From NCBI RefSeq assembly GCF_036321535.1, contig NC_087436.1, forward strand, positions 66,342,001 through 66,406,000: a DNA stretch of 64,000 bases. Reading direction: 5' to 3'. The first letter of the stretch is position 1; each line of letters begins with the position of its first letter. A program made the position numbers and the translations under genes. Shown here piece by piece: positions 26,931 through 41,440 of this stretch. The notes under the pieces are model-generated. The model saw nothing but the letters and a program-made list of their open reading frames with translations. It did no database searches and had not been told where the DNA came from. Source of the DNA: Camelus dromedarius (lineage: Eukaryota).

Positions 26931-29479
26931 AATACCTGCTCTGATGCCCAGTGATTGGGTAAAAAATGTGATAATGCAACTTATATTAACTTAATCAACT
27001 TAATTCAGGTATTATACACAGAATGTTCATTGGCCACATTACTCAGCAAATTCAACAAAGACGGGGAAATTACATAAAAAATTAACAAAGAGCCTACTGT
27101 CCTCTCTCTATCACTTTCAAGACATATTTTTCTATATACTTAACCTAGGATAGCCATTGAGCAGAATGAAAAAGAGTAAATGCTTAAAAGGAATACACAA
27201 CCAGGATTTTAGTTTAAAATTGTTATTTGTATTTAACAATAATCTCATCATCTCAACTCCTTTTATCAGTTCTCCTGTCATTAGAACTAAACTGTTCTGA
27301 TTTCTTAGGCTCAAAGATTTGAGTCATCTTTCAATTTTTATTTCTTGTACATTCTATATTCTACCTCATAAAATTGTTATTATTTCAAAAATATTTCTCT
27401 ACATTCTAATTTTAAAATATTTATTACATAGACAGCTATAGGAACCTCTTAGCGTTCTTCCAGCTTGTTCTCTGCATTCAGTTTATCCTGCATATTGTCC
27501 TAGAAGACCACTTTAATAGAGCTTGTCATCACCAGTAATGACAACCTAGTATGGCAACATCAACTTTGAATCACTCTGCCTCCCTCATGCAACAGTATTT
27601 CTGTGCACTTGTTCAGTTCTTGACAGTTTACTTACTTAAATTTACTTCAGCAAGTATAGCACTGAGGCAAGTTTTGGCATGAGCTATGAAAATATAACAT
27701 ACTAGTGAATGAGAAAACACATATATGTACATTATGTATATGTATACATATATATATTTATGGTAATAAATGAGGTACAAATGGGAAATTAGAAATACCA
27801 ACTCAAATCTTGATTTGTTGTTGCTTCAAATCTGCTCTGAGGGCCATTTTTTTTCCCTATTGCTTTGAGAATCTACAATTTTTTTTGCCTCTCACATAGT
27901 GAAAGTCCTATGACCATTGTGATTGCTAAGAACAGTCTCATTTCTTTAATTAAATTGTTTGCTGCACCATCTTCATGACATAATTCTATGTACTGATCTA
28001 GTATATGGCTTTCTTTATCCCCCTGCCTTGGCCTGCTTTAGGCTGGAAAACCAGTTGTGATAGATGTCCACGTGGACAACTTCTTTATTTTCCTAGCAGG
28101 TGCATGCTTCTCCTTTACTGTAACATCAGAGTCTGTTTCTGGCTCCTCTGGGGTGGGGAGAAGAGAAGGTAAAAGATAGGAAAGAACTTAATTGCTGTGC
28201 AGTTTAGCAATCTGTATGTCACGCAGCATGGTCGCCTTCTGGGTAAGGCAGACTCTCAACATTAATTCTTTTCCCTTTAGAGTAATTCATGGGTTCTTCT
28301 GAGTGAGCCCCTCTGGCTGCTCTAGAGGTAGCTTTTATGATCTAGGTAATTCTGCCCTTGAGCTGACTTATTTAAACAACCCCCTCAGCCTTTACAACTG
28401 ATAGTGGATTGCCAATCACCTCCTGATGGGAAGCCCTTCTGGACAGGTTGCTTTTCTAAAAAGAAAATGAACTTCAGAAAGCTGCATCTTCACCCAATTT
28501 TCAGTGGAAATATAGTTCTCCAAGTGCCAGGCTAGGCAGCTAAGCCACAGTCTTTCACTCTTAATCGTTTTGGACCCTTTATTAATACTAGTCTCTAAAC
28601 CCCTCTTAATATCTGGGGTAAATTATAAAATTTTCCAAGAGGTACCTTAGATTAATATTTTTTCCTTGGTTTGATTTAAAGGAGATATATCCTCATCATG
28701 GAAACAAAAGATGTTAAGGAAGCCACCGAATTTTATAAACCATCTCCAAATAAATCTTTCTTTACGTATTTAAACTACACTATCTGATCCTTAAAGATGG
28801 ACTCCAGCCACTATTGACAGAGTCTGTTTAGTAATTCATACTTTTGAGTATGGTGGTGCCTAAATGTATTGCTTTAATGCAGTCCATTGTGAAATCAGCC
28901 ATAATTAATATATAAAGAGTTCAATTCCAATATTGTGTATAAAATTATTACCCTGAAGTTGCATTTTTAGAGGCTATTAGGTTCTTAAATCAGCACAAAG
29001 AGTGAAAATTCATTAGGTACAAATTACACTTTAAAAAAGCTGTTATATCATTCACAATGTACCTCCCATATCTGTAATTTACTCTAATTTTTCTATAATC
29101 AATGTTTCTTTATGGACCTCAATTAATTTTTCCATTTTTCCTTGAAGAATGTCAGGAAAGCTATCTTGATTCAGCAATCTCCACTACCTAAGCAGATCTT
29201 CTAAGTTATTTTTTCAGTAATTTACAAACCCTGAAAAACATTCTCTCCATATATTTTAATCAATGAGCATTGGCAGTTTTGAGCTTGATTTTATCTAATG
29301 TGAGTTTATATGCCCAAGGAGTAGAGCAGTCAGCAGAATATCCATCCCCATGATTTACTTCTCTCAGTTGAAGATGAAAAATATATGTCATATATACATC
29401 AAAGCAGTCTCATGATAAATTTGTTTGAATGTTTTCCATTGCCAAAATAAAATATATTTCACTTTGATTATCCTGTGTG

Positions 29480-29900
29480 CTTTCACAATTAGGTTCTTCA
29501 CCACCTCATTGAATAACCATGCTCTACTCTTTTAGATGACACATATCTTGATTTCTTCTTCTCAAGCATGGCATCACAGAGACTTTGTATGCACAGTGCT
29601 CTCTGTTGAGGGGTAAAACTGCCCACTGCCAACCCACCACCAACTTCCAGATTTTTATATGTATCTGATTAGGGTCATTCAAGTCCTAGAATTGTTCTTG
29701 AATTTTCTTGTATAATGAACCTCTTATCATTCTTTATCACATTATTTTCTTAAATTACCTTCCTTTTTTGTTTGTACATTTTATTTTATCTCACACTCCT
29801 AATCACTTGCAGGTCAGGTTATTTGGAGTAGAAAACTTGTCTCCTTTTTTTTTCCCTACCAAATCCCTAGTGCCAAGAAGTATTTATTTGAACTGAAATT
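29480..29900 (+). mobile_element. L2 LINE 3' fragment
   Basis: ctttgtatgcacagtgctctctg..tccctagtgccaagaagtatttatttgaactgaa. Confidence 0.5.
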
Positions 29901-30419
29901 TAGATATTTTTCATCAACAATATTATATATAAGTATATGTTTCAACTTACAGTTTTCTTCCGAGTCAATGATATTATTTTGACCGAATCCCAAAAAAGCA
30001 CAAAATTGCAGTATTTGTTTTTATGTTTCAGTTTAGAAAGAAAAAGGTGAGACAATAAAAACAGGTGTAAAATAATACAGTTTAATTTAAATTTAAGCAT
30101 AGCTTGATTTTTTGTTTAAAATTGTAATAAAAAAGTAAAATAATAATTCTATGAGGAATTTCACACATGAGATAGTCTCACCAATTTGAAATATTTAAAT
30201 ACTTGAGTGTGTGGGCTTTAGGTGATGACATAGTCAGAATGCAAACTGAATATTTCTGTTAAAATTTATTTTGACATTTATTTTACCTGTTCTTGTAGCT
30301 GAAAGTTTAAGTAAGACCCAAAACTTTGACTTAGGGGAAAAAAAATTATGATTCTTCTCTGAGTCAAATGGTTTATGAAATCTCCCCTGACCTTACAAAA
30401 TGGTAAAATAATAGTCCCT

Positions 30420-30775
30420 TGACCGAGTGGGAGCCTTGCAACATTTTGCAATATGTTGTTTTTTCCTGTGAAAGCTGGAAAAAATACCCTTACTCTCTTC
30501 CTTCTAGATCTTAATGGGAAGGAATGTGGGGATTTGACTCAAAGTCATCATGCCCATGTTTGGATCAAGAACTGACCAAAGATTGAAGAAATGGAACAAA
30601 GTAGTGACAAGAGATCATTTTAGTCCTGGTGATATGTTTGAGCCCTAGATTGCACTTGAACGTAAAGAGATACCTATACTGTTAAGTTGTGTGAGACAAT
30701 AGATTCTTTTTTCTTGGCTTAAACTAATTTGGGTTGCAGTTTTCATTCCAGCAACAGAAAGTAGCCCAATCGTTA
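30420..30775 (+). mobile_element. Old MLT1 (J/K-like) LTR fragment
   Basis: 3' end gtgagacaatagattc..gcttaaactaatttgggttg..ttttc..gcaacagaaag. Confidence 0.55.
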
Positions 30776-32424
30776 TTATACTGATAAAGAAATAGAGTAA
30801 GATTGTTGTACCAATCATCTTCACATTTGCAAATGTCTTGTTGAAACAGGGATTAATAATATTAATAATATGTTCTGAGAGCTTACAATGTAACAGATAT
30901 GATAATTTCATGTATGCATTTCACTGAATTCTGGGGAAAAAATGCCATAACGGAGGCATTAATATTAAGTACATATTACAAATGAGGAAATTAATGCTTA
31001 GAATGCTTAGAAACAACTTGGCAAAGCCATAGTGAGTAAATAGCTACATTTATACTACTTTTATAAACATTTGGCACAAACCTTGTTTTTAATCATTACT
31101 ACATATCTGTTTGAATATCAGAGATATTTGAAACCTTTAATTTTGCTTTGACAACTTTGAAATTCTCCATAACTCAGTAGTTTAATATGTTAAGTAAGCA
31201 ATAAATAGGATAATTTCTTTACTATGTAGGAGAAATTAAATGATGATATGGACATGATTGTTTCACGAAATAAATGATTTACAATATAACTAAATTTTTA
31301 ATTTATTCCTCAATAGTTTTATTGAATGTTAGAAACATGAAAGTCACATTGCCGGCACTATTGGAAACCCAAAGATAAAAAAGGCTTTGATTCTATCTAA
31401 GAGAACTTAAGGATATCTTAATACAGATCCAGAAGTAACAATGACTCTAGGTATGTACATATCTTACCACCTTAAATTTCCTATTGTAATTAGAACATTT
31501 ATCATGTTAATAAGATTATTATGAAAGAAAAGTATAAAATGAAAAGTAAATAATTTGTGCTCACTTTGAGAGTGGTGTTGAGGAATCATTTAAGAAAGTT
31601 GGAATTTTTTCTGAAGGAAACTCGTGTGTCTGTCAGCATTTGCATGCGTTTGCTCTGCTCATGGATGATTGTGAGCCTGAGCAATCTAACGATAAGGGGC
31701 TATCATATTGACTCATGGCAACAGATCAAAGTAGTGAAAATTTTCAGGTCAGGGATAGAGTCTGGGTTAGAAAAGGCAACCTGAAGTCATCTTAAGAGGT
31801 TCACCCAGAAGTTCTCTTGCCAAAGTGGGTAGGAAACCCAATACAGAGAGACTATGTGAGGTGATCTATTGGAGACTCAAATGACTAGCTGGAAGTTGGG
31901 GTGGCCAGCTGAAGGAAAGGTACTTTCTTTGTGACAAAATTCACTGTCAGGTAGACCCAGCAAGGAAGAATAGAATGAACTCATACACAAGAGAACATGG
32001 TAGCTTTTTATAAAACAACTAGCAGTCAGATAGAAAATGTGAAACTACTTTAGATTAACTTAAGTCAAATAAATTTCTGTTCCCATGTTCCTTTTGTCTT
32101 TTCTTTGATGGCCTGAGGGGCCATTAACTGCAAGATGGGGTAGGATGAGCTAAACGTTGAATAACCCCTAGTGGAGCCATCCTTGATCTGGAAAAGGAAG
32201 GAGATTTTGCTGTAAATAATGTTTAGGATATTGAGTATTTCATAGAACTGGGCCTGGTAAGTACACACCTGAGACTGTGTTTTTTTTTTTAATTCAAGTG
32301 ATCTTACAACAACTACTTAAATATGAGCAAAAATGACAATGGCATATGTAAAGAAGCCTTCAGTAAAAAAGGGAAAGTGGAGAACAGAGACAAATTTTGT
32401 TTTGGTAAGATCCCACAGGACCTC

Positions 32425-32885
32425 TGTGGCAAATAATGAGAGAAAGCCAACATCACTGCTTGTCTGATGTCTTGATACTGACTAGGGCAAGCCATTGACC
32501 AGAAAATCAGCCAGAAGTTTAACAAGGATTGGGGGAATGAGACAGCCAAAGTGCAGAAGCTTTTTTATTTTTAATCTCCTTGGGAGATAGAGATAGTTTC
32601 AGCCTCTGGCATAGAGGGCAATTTTTTTGCTGGATAATAAGACAATATCAGCCTCTGAGAAGAGATTGGGCAGGTTTGCTAGAATCCTCTTATAAGACAG
32701 GAGATTTCCTAAGCATAGGGTACCTCAGCTGTAATACAAGCCCACCGTGCCCATGACAGCCATCCACCTGAACCTGGCTCGTCTTTGTCTCCATAGGACT
32801 TAGAGGGCAATGGGAATTGATACAAACATAAACCACTTGCCATGGTAATATATTTTTGTCGCTGACCCAGTAGTCTTTTGTACTA
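32425..32885 (+). mobile_element. ERVL LTR (LTR40/41-like)
   Basis: gagatagagatagtttcagcctctgg..gggcaggtttgct..cttataagac..cctaagcatagggtacctcagctgt..ctgacccag. Confidence 0.6.
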
Positions 32886-32909
32886 CCACGATATATAGGT
32901 AGATAACAT

Positions 32910-33175
32910 ACAGAAAGGAAACTACAGCATAAACATCCTCATGAACATAGACAAAAAATGTTTACAAAAAAACAGCAAAATGAATCCAGAAATATATAAA
33001 AAATATTATACACCATGACCAAGAGGGATTTTTTCCAGTAATGCAATGTTGGTTTGGTATTTGAAAATATATTAATGCAAAACACCGTATTAGTAGAACA
33101 AAAAGTATTTAATCCTTCAGTAGGCACACTGTGCAAAGAAAAACATTTGACAGAACTCACCACCTATTCATGATA
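32910..33175 (+). mobile_element. L1 ORF2 reverse transcriptase fragment
   Basis: Decayed match to KENYRPISLMNIDAK..IHHDQVGFIPGMQGWF..AFDKIQHPFMI. Confidence 0.85.
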
Positions 33176-33635
33176 GAATGTGAAAATTAGGGCCTCCAGA
33201 ACTTATAATGAATCTTCAGGGTTAAAGGAAATTTTGCACTTTCTTATCTTTCAATCTCTTCCTTTAAATTTTTGGCCAAGGTGAAATATTTACTGTGACT
33301 TTAGCCCTGAGATACACTTAAGATTTTTATATTCTATCTGACATTTCAACTCTTTTTCTAAGAAGGTTATTCAAGACATCTAGAAATAATTCCCATATTA
33401 GAGTATTTTTTTGCGTATGTATATCTGTACTTGTTTGCTGATTTTTAATTTAATCAGTAATATCATGGGGGTATTTACAGAAGTTACAACTTATGAGGGG
33501 AAATGTATAAATTATATAAAGTTAAAATTATTTCCTTCTCCAATTTTCAGAAATAAATATAAGATTATTTGAGACATTCATCTGTTGAGAATTTTTTCTG
33601 ATGCCTGGCTCACTTGAATTGCTGTAGTGTTACAA

Positions 33636-33654
33636 TACTACCCTCTGGTGGACA
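33636..33654 (-). promoter_or_regulatory. Candidate CTCF site
   Basis: Minus strand TGTCCACCAGAGGGTAGTA, close to the CTCF core consensus. Confidence 0.5.
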
Positions 33655-34664
33655 TAAGTAGGTTTTTTCCTTCTTTCTACTCAATTGAAAAAATAATTTT
33701 TTATTAAATTTAAGATGTATTTTTTTCAGTTGAGTCTATTTGAATTCTATTAAATACAAAATATTTCTCCTTTGTATTTAGTTTTATATCTAAAATGACA
33801 TATATCTACATACATATGTAAATATTTACTTCTCTGAATAAGTTAACTTATATAAATGTAATAAATTATCATCTGAGTTTATTTTCATACTTTTCTGCTG
33901 TACCAGCTCCCTTAGCATTACTCTTATTCCACATATTTTCAATTCTAGCTGTCCAAAATCTCATGCTATGAATCATTTCTGCTTATTAGGAACATGCTAT
34001 CAACAGAGAATGTTATAATAATTCTCTCCATAAAACATTGATTTACCTGCATTTCATATTTTCAGAACTGTGCTATTTGATATGATGGTAATAATGAAAC
34101 CATTATTTAATGGATTTAATGTGTGCTGCTTCACAAGGGAGACATTTCCATTTTAATAATTATGCCTCAAGTGAGTTTTTAAAAAATCAAGCCTCAGAGT
34201 TGGACAATGTAAATAGAATGTAATATGACTTAAATATATAAATTAAATACATGTGTATGAAGTGAAGTGTATTTAAAAAAATAATTTATGAAACATAGAA
34301 ATTGGAGACAGAGCAATGAAGATATACATTGGTACTTTCTAACTGAATGTCCTGGGACATTACTTGATCACTAACATCTGTTTTTTTGTTTTTTGTTTTC
34401 ACTTATCATAATGTTAAGAATATTAATCTTACAAAGTTGTTATGAGGATTAAATAACATAATGCATCATATTATCTAGTTCCGTGTCTTATACAATTCCC
34501 TTCTTCTCCCTGTACAAAATTGAGATTGCTTCCCAAATAAAGGATATTTGGTCCTTTTATTCAACCACATAATAATCTTGAAGTATAATTCATAAACTTG
34601 AAAAATAAAGGGTCACTCTTAATGCCTACTCTTGTAGATTCAAACCTATCATGATGTTCAGAAA

Positions 34665-35022
34665 TGTCTCAGTCCATTTGGCCTACTATAACAAAATACC
34701 ACAGCAGACACAGTAACTTACAAGCAGAAGACATTTATTTCTCACAGTTCTGGAGACTAGAAAATCCAAGATCATGGTGCCAGAGGATTCAGGGAATGGC
34801 TTCCTGGTTCACAGATGCCTTTCCTTCTGCTATGTCCTCCTGTAGTGCAAGCTGCTAGGTATCTTTGTGCTGTCTCTTCTGTAAGGCACTAATCCCATTC
34901 GTGAGGGCTCCACCCCCTTGACCTAAGGCCCTCCCCAAAACCCGCCTTCTAATACCATAATTTTTAAGGGTTAGGATTTCAACATATGCATTTTGGGGGA
35001 CACAAATATTCAGACCACATCA
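34665..35022 (-). mobile_element. MLT1A-type ERVL-MaLR solo LTR
   Basis: tgtctcagtccatttgg..atttatttctcacagttctggagactag..ttttgggggacacaaatattcagacc. Near-TSD agaaa/agtaa. Confidence 0.9.
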
Positions 35023-35225
35023 AGTAATATACTAGAATTTGAAAAAAATTGCCTATCTAAATAAAGTGTATGTTGAAGCTCTTAGTATATTTAAAGTTGT
35101 GTAGACTAGTTATTATTGTTTCTTTTGTTATTATATTTAATAAAATATGAGAAATAATGTTAATGATTGTCCCACATAGAATGACTGTGAGCGAATTAAT
35201 TAAAATTAAAAAGTATTATTATTTT

Positions 35226-35577
35226 ACCTAAAAGAGAAAAAAAAGGAGGCATTAATGAACTCATCTACAAAACAGAAAGAGACTTGCAGACATAATAATC
35301 TTATGGCTACCAGGGGAAATGAAGTGGGAAAGGATAAATTTGGGAGTTTGAGATTTGCAAATATTAACTACTATATATAAAGACAGATAAAAAATAAATT
35401 TCTTCTGTATAGCACAGGGAACTCTATTCAAAATCTTGTAATAACCTTTAATGAAAAAGAATATGAAAATGAATATATGTGTGTGTGTGTGTGTGTGTAT
35501 AAATATATATATATATATGGGACATTATGCTGTACACTAGAAATTGACACATTGTAACTGACTATACTTCAATAAAT
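35226..35577 (+). mobile_element. 5'-truncated camelid-type L1 3' end with 13-bp TSD
   Basis: aatgaactcatctacaaaacagaaagagac..ctgtatagcacagggaactctattcaa..(TG)n(TA)n..gactatacttcaataaa. GTATTATTATTTT duplicated at 35213-25 and 35578-90. Confidence 0.9.
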
Positions 35578-37629
35578 GTATTATTATTTTCTAATCAATA
35601 TAGCGAAGTTCCCCTATTTTCTCCATAGAGATATAAGGACAATTAATATAATAGTGCTTTTTAGAAGCTAAAAACTTTCCAGGGAAAAAGTTTCTCTAAA
35701 ATAGTAATAATAATAACAACAACAACAACAACCCTGGTTTAAAAAGCAGTTTAGTTACAAATAACTCAAAGCTTTTGAACCAGTGTTCATTGATCTGTGA
35801 TGATTTGCACTATATCAGGATAGCAGAAGCTAGAATAAGATACATTTCTTAGCGCCATTATCTAAAAAGATTAAACCTATTCCAAGCTCAATTTTAAGTG
35901 AAAATACTGCACAGGGTTTATCTTTTCCTGTGGAAACATCTGTAAATCAACCCTTACCAATTATTTACCAAACCCAATAATAAGAATTAACACCTAACGA
36001 ATACTGCTAGTTCAAGGTAGTGTTTCAAGAAGTGAATTGTGTATGAATATATTCATCCTTATTACAGACCTTTGAAGTGTATAGCATTAATCCCATTTTT
36101 CAGATGAGAAAACTAAGGCATAGAAGGTTTAAATAATAGCCAAATATATATTAATGATATTAAGTGACAGAGCCAAGAAAGTCTAGCTACAGAACATCCA
36201 CACAGATTTGAATTATGGTAAAGCTAGTTTATCAGCTCTCTAACAATTACTCTGTCAATCGTTTTTAAATAAAACAGAATGAATACATGAGATATTTTAA
36301 CAACAAAGACAATTTTCATCAGAACAATTAACTTAGGTAAACAAATAGTAACAAAAAACCCACACATAATCTACATTGTATATGATTCAAGAACACAAAT
36401 TATTTCTTTAAACAATGAAACTATTCCATTTTGTTAAGATCCTCAAAGATACTGAAATAAACTTATTTCAAACATATTAACCATATTTCAATAATATACC
36501 TTTCTTGCTATTTTATGCATAGTCAGATTTCACTAACAAGTTTATTCATGTAGATTTGTCTTAATACATACTGTGATTTTTAATATGATAAGGAACTAGA
36601 TCTGGTTTCATTACTATGGTAGTGTTAATTTTATTTTAGATCCATCTATGAATGTTGTAAACATGTAGCCACATTCTCATTGGGATAGAATGCCTCTTTA
36701 CAGTAAATCTAACCCTTGCTGAGATTTGTGGACTCCATAATATTCTGTTTAATTAAATAATTCTATGACTACATCTTTGTCTGGTAGAGTACAGCTAAGT
36801 ACTATTTTAAAATCTTTCAAGTCAAAACTAACAACTTTAAGAAATTGCAAAATTTAGTCTAATGCATGAGAATATATTGTGCACATATCATTCAAACATT
36901 ATAAATATCACCTTTCAAAATGTGTAAAAAAGATGACCTTTATATATACGCTATATAGGCACAGTTGAATTTGTTTTAAAAACTAGATTTTAAAGACAAC
37001 CTGTGGGAAATAACTATTGTGGTCACTTTTACTGAAAATTATTAATGCACTGATTTGAGAAAAAGTAAATAATCCTAAAGCAATATTATCTAAATTTAGA
37101 GTGTAATAATCATTTAAAATATCCTCTATATAAGAAACTGATTATTTTCATAAATTGCTTAAGTTATATGCACAAGAAAACAAACAAAAATTATAGGTAA
37201 TGCTTCAGGCTGTATCTTGCTTAGTGTTATTTGAAATCTCAGCTGTAATTTCCTGGCTTTTCTTTAATCATGTTTTTTTTCCTGTCCACACCTTTCTTGA
37301 AAGTTCTGGCAGTGCTATTTATTTCCTTATTTCTTCTAAGATAACAGATTAGCACAGTAGGAGATTTGATTTAACTTTAGTAGAGAGTATATTGGACAGG
37401 GACCAACATTTAAAACCAAATGAAAAGACCAGCTATGAGACTATTGAAATAATCCTGTTGTGATCATTCTTTTCCCAGGGGGAAAAAAAAATTGAAATAT
37501 TTGAAAGTAATTTGTTGAGGTAAATGGTAAAAGTAAGAAAAACTATTATATGTCTGTCTTCATCAACTGGATGTTTTAAGATAGAAACATAGAAGGTTTT
37601 AGAGGTAGAGAAAATGGGGTTTCTGAAAT

Positions 37630-38445
37630 TTAATATTTTAATAAAATTATATATATTTAAGGTGATTTAATATACATATAATAGTGAAATGGTTACTTGA
37701 TATATACATAGTCAAGCTAATTAACATATCCATCTCCTCACATAGTTCCCATTTTTTGTATGTGATGATAGCACTTGAAATATACTTAGAAAATTTCCAG
37801 TATTCTGTACAATATTATTAACTATAGTCACCATGCTATACATTCCATCTCTAGACTTATTCATCCCATAAAACTGCAACTTTGTACCCTCTGACAAACA
37901 TCTCCCAGTTTTCTTTACTTCCCTCACTCTGGTGACAGATTCTACTCTTTGCTTCTGTGTGTTTGACTTTTTGATTCCACAGGTAAGTGAGATCATGCAG
38001 GCTTTTGTTTCCTTTTTGTGTCTGGTTTATTTAGCTTTGCATAATCACCTTGGTAGTGATTTTTTTGATAGAACACCAAAAGTTTAGGCAACAAAAGAAA
38101 AAACAAACAAAAGGGACTACATCAAACAAAAAGTTTCTGCACAGCGAAGGAAATAAACAACAAAATGAGAAAACAACCTATAGATTGGGAGAAGGTATTT
38201 GCAAACCGTATATGTAATAATGGGTTCTATATTTAAGAAACTTGTACAACTCAATAGTAAAAAAGTAAAAATCTCAACGCAAAGGACACGAATAGGTATT
38301 TTTCCAAAGAAAACCTACAAAGAACCAGTAGGTTATAAAAAAAAAAAATGATGCTCAACATTGCAGATAGTTAGAAAAATACAAATCAAAAGCACAATGA
38401 TATATCACCTCATACCTGTTAGGATAACTATGATCAAAAAAATAA
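37630..38445 (-). mobile_element. L1MA-type LINE 3' end with a 5' inverted segment
   Basis: 37630-38045 is the reverse-complement 3' UTR. 38046-38445 is sense ORF2 C-terminal sequence (gactacatcaaac..ttctgcacagcgaaggaaa..tgggagaaggtatttgcaaacc). Confidence 0.8.
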
Positions 38446-39491
38446 AAGGAAGAGTTTAGTTTTGATGAGTCAAAATTGTTTCTAACAGGAAGCTAAATAT
38501 CTATCTAGCACTTAAGAAGGAGATCTTGGTTAGATGTTGGAGATCTTAATGCAGATATACTCTGCATATAGTTAGAAACGAAAACATCGAATTAAATAAG
38601 GTCATCCAGGGAATCTGTAGGTACCAAGAAAACAAGACAGCTTCTGAAGAGAAGGAATGCCATCCAACTCAAAGCATTAATTGAGGCTCTGCTTGCATTC
38701 TGTTGGATATATCTCATTTGGCCAGAGGAAATCACAGAGCCAAACCCAGAGTCAACGTGAAGGAAAACTACTCAAAAGGTGTGAATAGGAGGTGGTGTCA
38801 CTGATATCACAGTCGATTACAAAAAGCAGTCTTCTGCAAAAGTGCAAGACACTACTGTAGAATCCATTGCTATAAATTAATAAGTCTGTAATTGTCATTT
38901 GGAACTCCTATCTTTCGCAGGCCATTCTATGTTTCCTTTGTTCACAGGCAAGAACTCAATTGATACCCCTTCCATGTCAAGGAGACCACAAATTTTGTTA
39001 TTAAAGTCTGCATCCTCCATGGCCCTGTCTGTTCTTGTTTGCTGTAATTTTCTCTTAACTTAGAATATTGGAAATGGAATTAATGTATGGAAACCCAGAA
39101 AATCCCTTGAAATTCAGACATGGTCCTTCCTGACTCTGTTAATAGTAGAAACAAGACTTCCCCTTGCTAATTATAATCAAATATTCCAACAAGTGTTGTT
39201 ACTTCCTTCTGTGCTTGTTGATTCAATGTAGCAAAAGCACAAAATGGCACCCTGGCAGTTTCACCTTCCAGTACAGTGGAATTGTATTTGTGGTCCCTCA
39301 TGGAGGCATTCTTCTCTTGGGAACCAAGCTCTCCCAAAGAGAAAAACTCCAAGTTTTGAGAACAGGAAGCAACAATTCTGTGGGTAGTTATTAGGTATAA
39401 TGGTAAGAGGATCTACTCCTCCTTTCACCTCCTGACTTGAATTCCTGCTATGAGATAGATAATGCCATTTGTTGGTTGCTGATTAAAAGTT

Positions 39492-39625
39492 TAGCCAGCC
39501 CTCCATATTCTCAGTTCTGAACGCACAGATTCAGCTAACTGTGGAGAGAAAATATCCTGAAAAAAAAGTCTCAGAAAGTGTCAAAAAAAAAAAAAACTTA
39601 AATTAATGCTGCCTCCCAGTAGCTA
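39492..39625. mobile_element. MER2/Tigger3-like DNA transposon end fragment
   Basis: agccagccctccatattc..gcacagattcagctaactgtgga..gaaaatat. Confidence 0.55.
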
Positions 39626-39751
39626 TTTAAAAATGACCTAAATCTAAGAGAAGATATATCAGGTCCATGAATTGAACAATTAATATTTAAATAAGTCAAT
39701 TATCTCCCAGTTGATAGTTTCAATGTAATGCCAACAAATCTACCAGCACCA

Positions 39752-39752
<1 letters not shown>

Positions 39753-39791
<39 letters not shown>
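39753..39791. repeat. (TG)n microsatellite within an L1 fragment
   Basis: Seen directly. Confidence 0.95.
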
Positions 39792-39794
<3 letters not shown>

Positions 39795-39894
39795 GTGTAT
39801 CATATATAGATTGTGTGTGTGTTTTGAAACTGACAAGATCATGGAAATCCAATGGGACAAGGATAACTTTACTAAATTGTTTTCAAAGGTTTCA

Positions 39895-41440
39895 AAAACC
39901 TTTGATATGTGGTTTTACCCCTTTCTTGCTCAATATGTTGGTTTATTTTTCTTTCTCTTAAATTTGGGCATTTTAACTGTCTTTGAGCAATAAAACAAGG
40001 AAGAAGTGACAAAACTAGGCTCCAAGGAATCTTGAAGCTTCCACTTTTACCCTCGTGGAACGCTACCTTAAATTCGTCACATCGTGAAGAACTCCAGGAT
40101 AAATGAGAGGCCCAGTGTCCTAGCTACTGAGTCAAGCACCTCTTCTATCCACTAGCATAATTTAGCGCAAACAAATCTAGCTCAGAAATGTCTTAGGCAA
40201 TCCACAGAATCATGAGACATAACAAATAATTGCTGCTTTAAGCAGCCAAATAAGGAAGACTTGAAAAAGAAACATGTGCTAATAGTTGCATTCTACTCAG
40301 TTTCTGAGTTGTTCATTACACAGCAATATTGTGCATACATCTGGTCATGGGGAAGTTGTCACAAATGTACCACATATCAAAGCTATGTGATATTATTATT
40401 AAGAACCAGCAGTAGTCAACAAGACAACTGCTATAGAATTTGGAAAATGTGAGCCTGTGTTAAGTAGTGGCAGAATATTTGGTAAGACTGTCACCTACCT
40501 TAACTTGGAAGAAAGGAAAATATATCTAACAAATTTTAGTGCTGGAGGGGAAAATGTGTGGCAGAACATTTGAAAGTTGAGTTGGTTGCTAACTGACTAT
40601 ATTTATAAAATACTAGAAGGAGGACATGATGCCATTATGTCAGCAGAATTTAGAGAGAATACAGAGTTCAGAAATTGCATTGTTGAAAAGAAGCTGTTTT
40701 TCACCAAATCAAAAGTGTGACCATTACAACACAGACTTAGAAAAAAGGCCAAATGCAAGGTGCTACAGTAAAACGTGGCCTCACAGTAAAGACATAGCTA
40801 ACTCTTTTACAAGAATTCTGAAAGGATCAAAATGATGCCTGTTAAATCCTTTCAACTGGAAATAAAGAGCTCCCAGAAAGTTTAAGGTCATGGTCTCAAT
40901 AGAGGCTGGATTCACTCAGGTACTATAGTTAGGTCTAGAGAGTCATATTTCTTACGAATTGTGGATGAGACTATTTGTTCATATAATTGACTGCAACCAC
41001 ATAGAGTATCTACAGATTTTTCTTGAGACCCTGCTATTGGCAAATCACCTCTAGCCTGGAATATAAGAAACTAACTAGCCTGGAATATAAGAAACTATTC
41101 TGGAACTCTAAATTTCCAAGGACAAGAAACTATATGAAAAATGTTTTAGCTACAAAAAAAAGTGGAAAGGGGAAGCTATTTTCCAATTCCCTATTTAGAA
41201 GTTACTAAGTGCAATGATGGAAAATAAAAACAGACACCCTCCCCCCACCTTAGTCCCCAGGTAGCAGAACCAGGGAACAGCAGAGTTTCATATATGCTGT
41301 GGACTACTGACTACTATGTTCCACTTATTTTTAGCTTATGAATGGCAATATTTATTGTTATTCTGTTCCTCTTCTACTACCATATAATTGGTATATAGGG
41401 AAGAGACAACATGTCTTTCTAATTAATAGCTGTTTGGAGC
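39895..41440 (+). mobile_element. MLT1 LTR followed by probable MaLR internal sequence
   Basis: LTR-like part to ~40335 (ccacagaatcatgagacataacaaataattgctgctttaagc..ttacacagcaata), then MLT-int-like sequence (tggcagaatatttggtaagactgtcacct..aacttggaag). Confidence 0.55.

Noticed and set aside
27800..28800. Slightly GC-richer segment as a possible exon or second viral insert (similarly 7480-7900, 18250-18460, 31600-32250)
   Set aside because: No coherent protein similarity noticed. Probably old LTR or L1 5' remnants that I cannot name.
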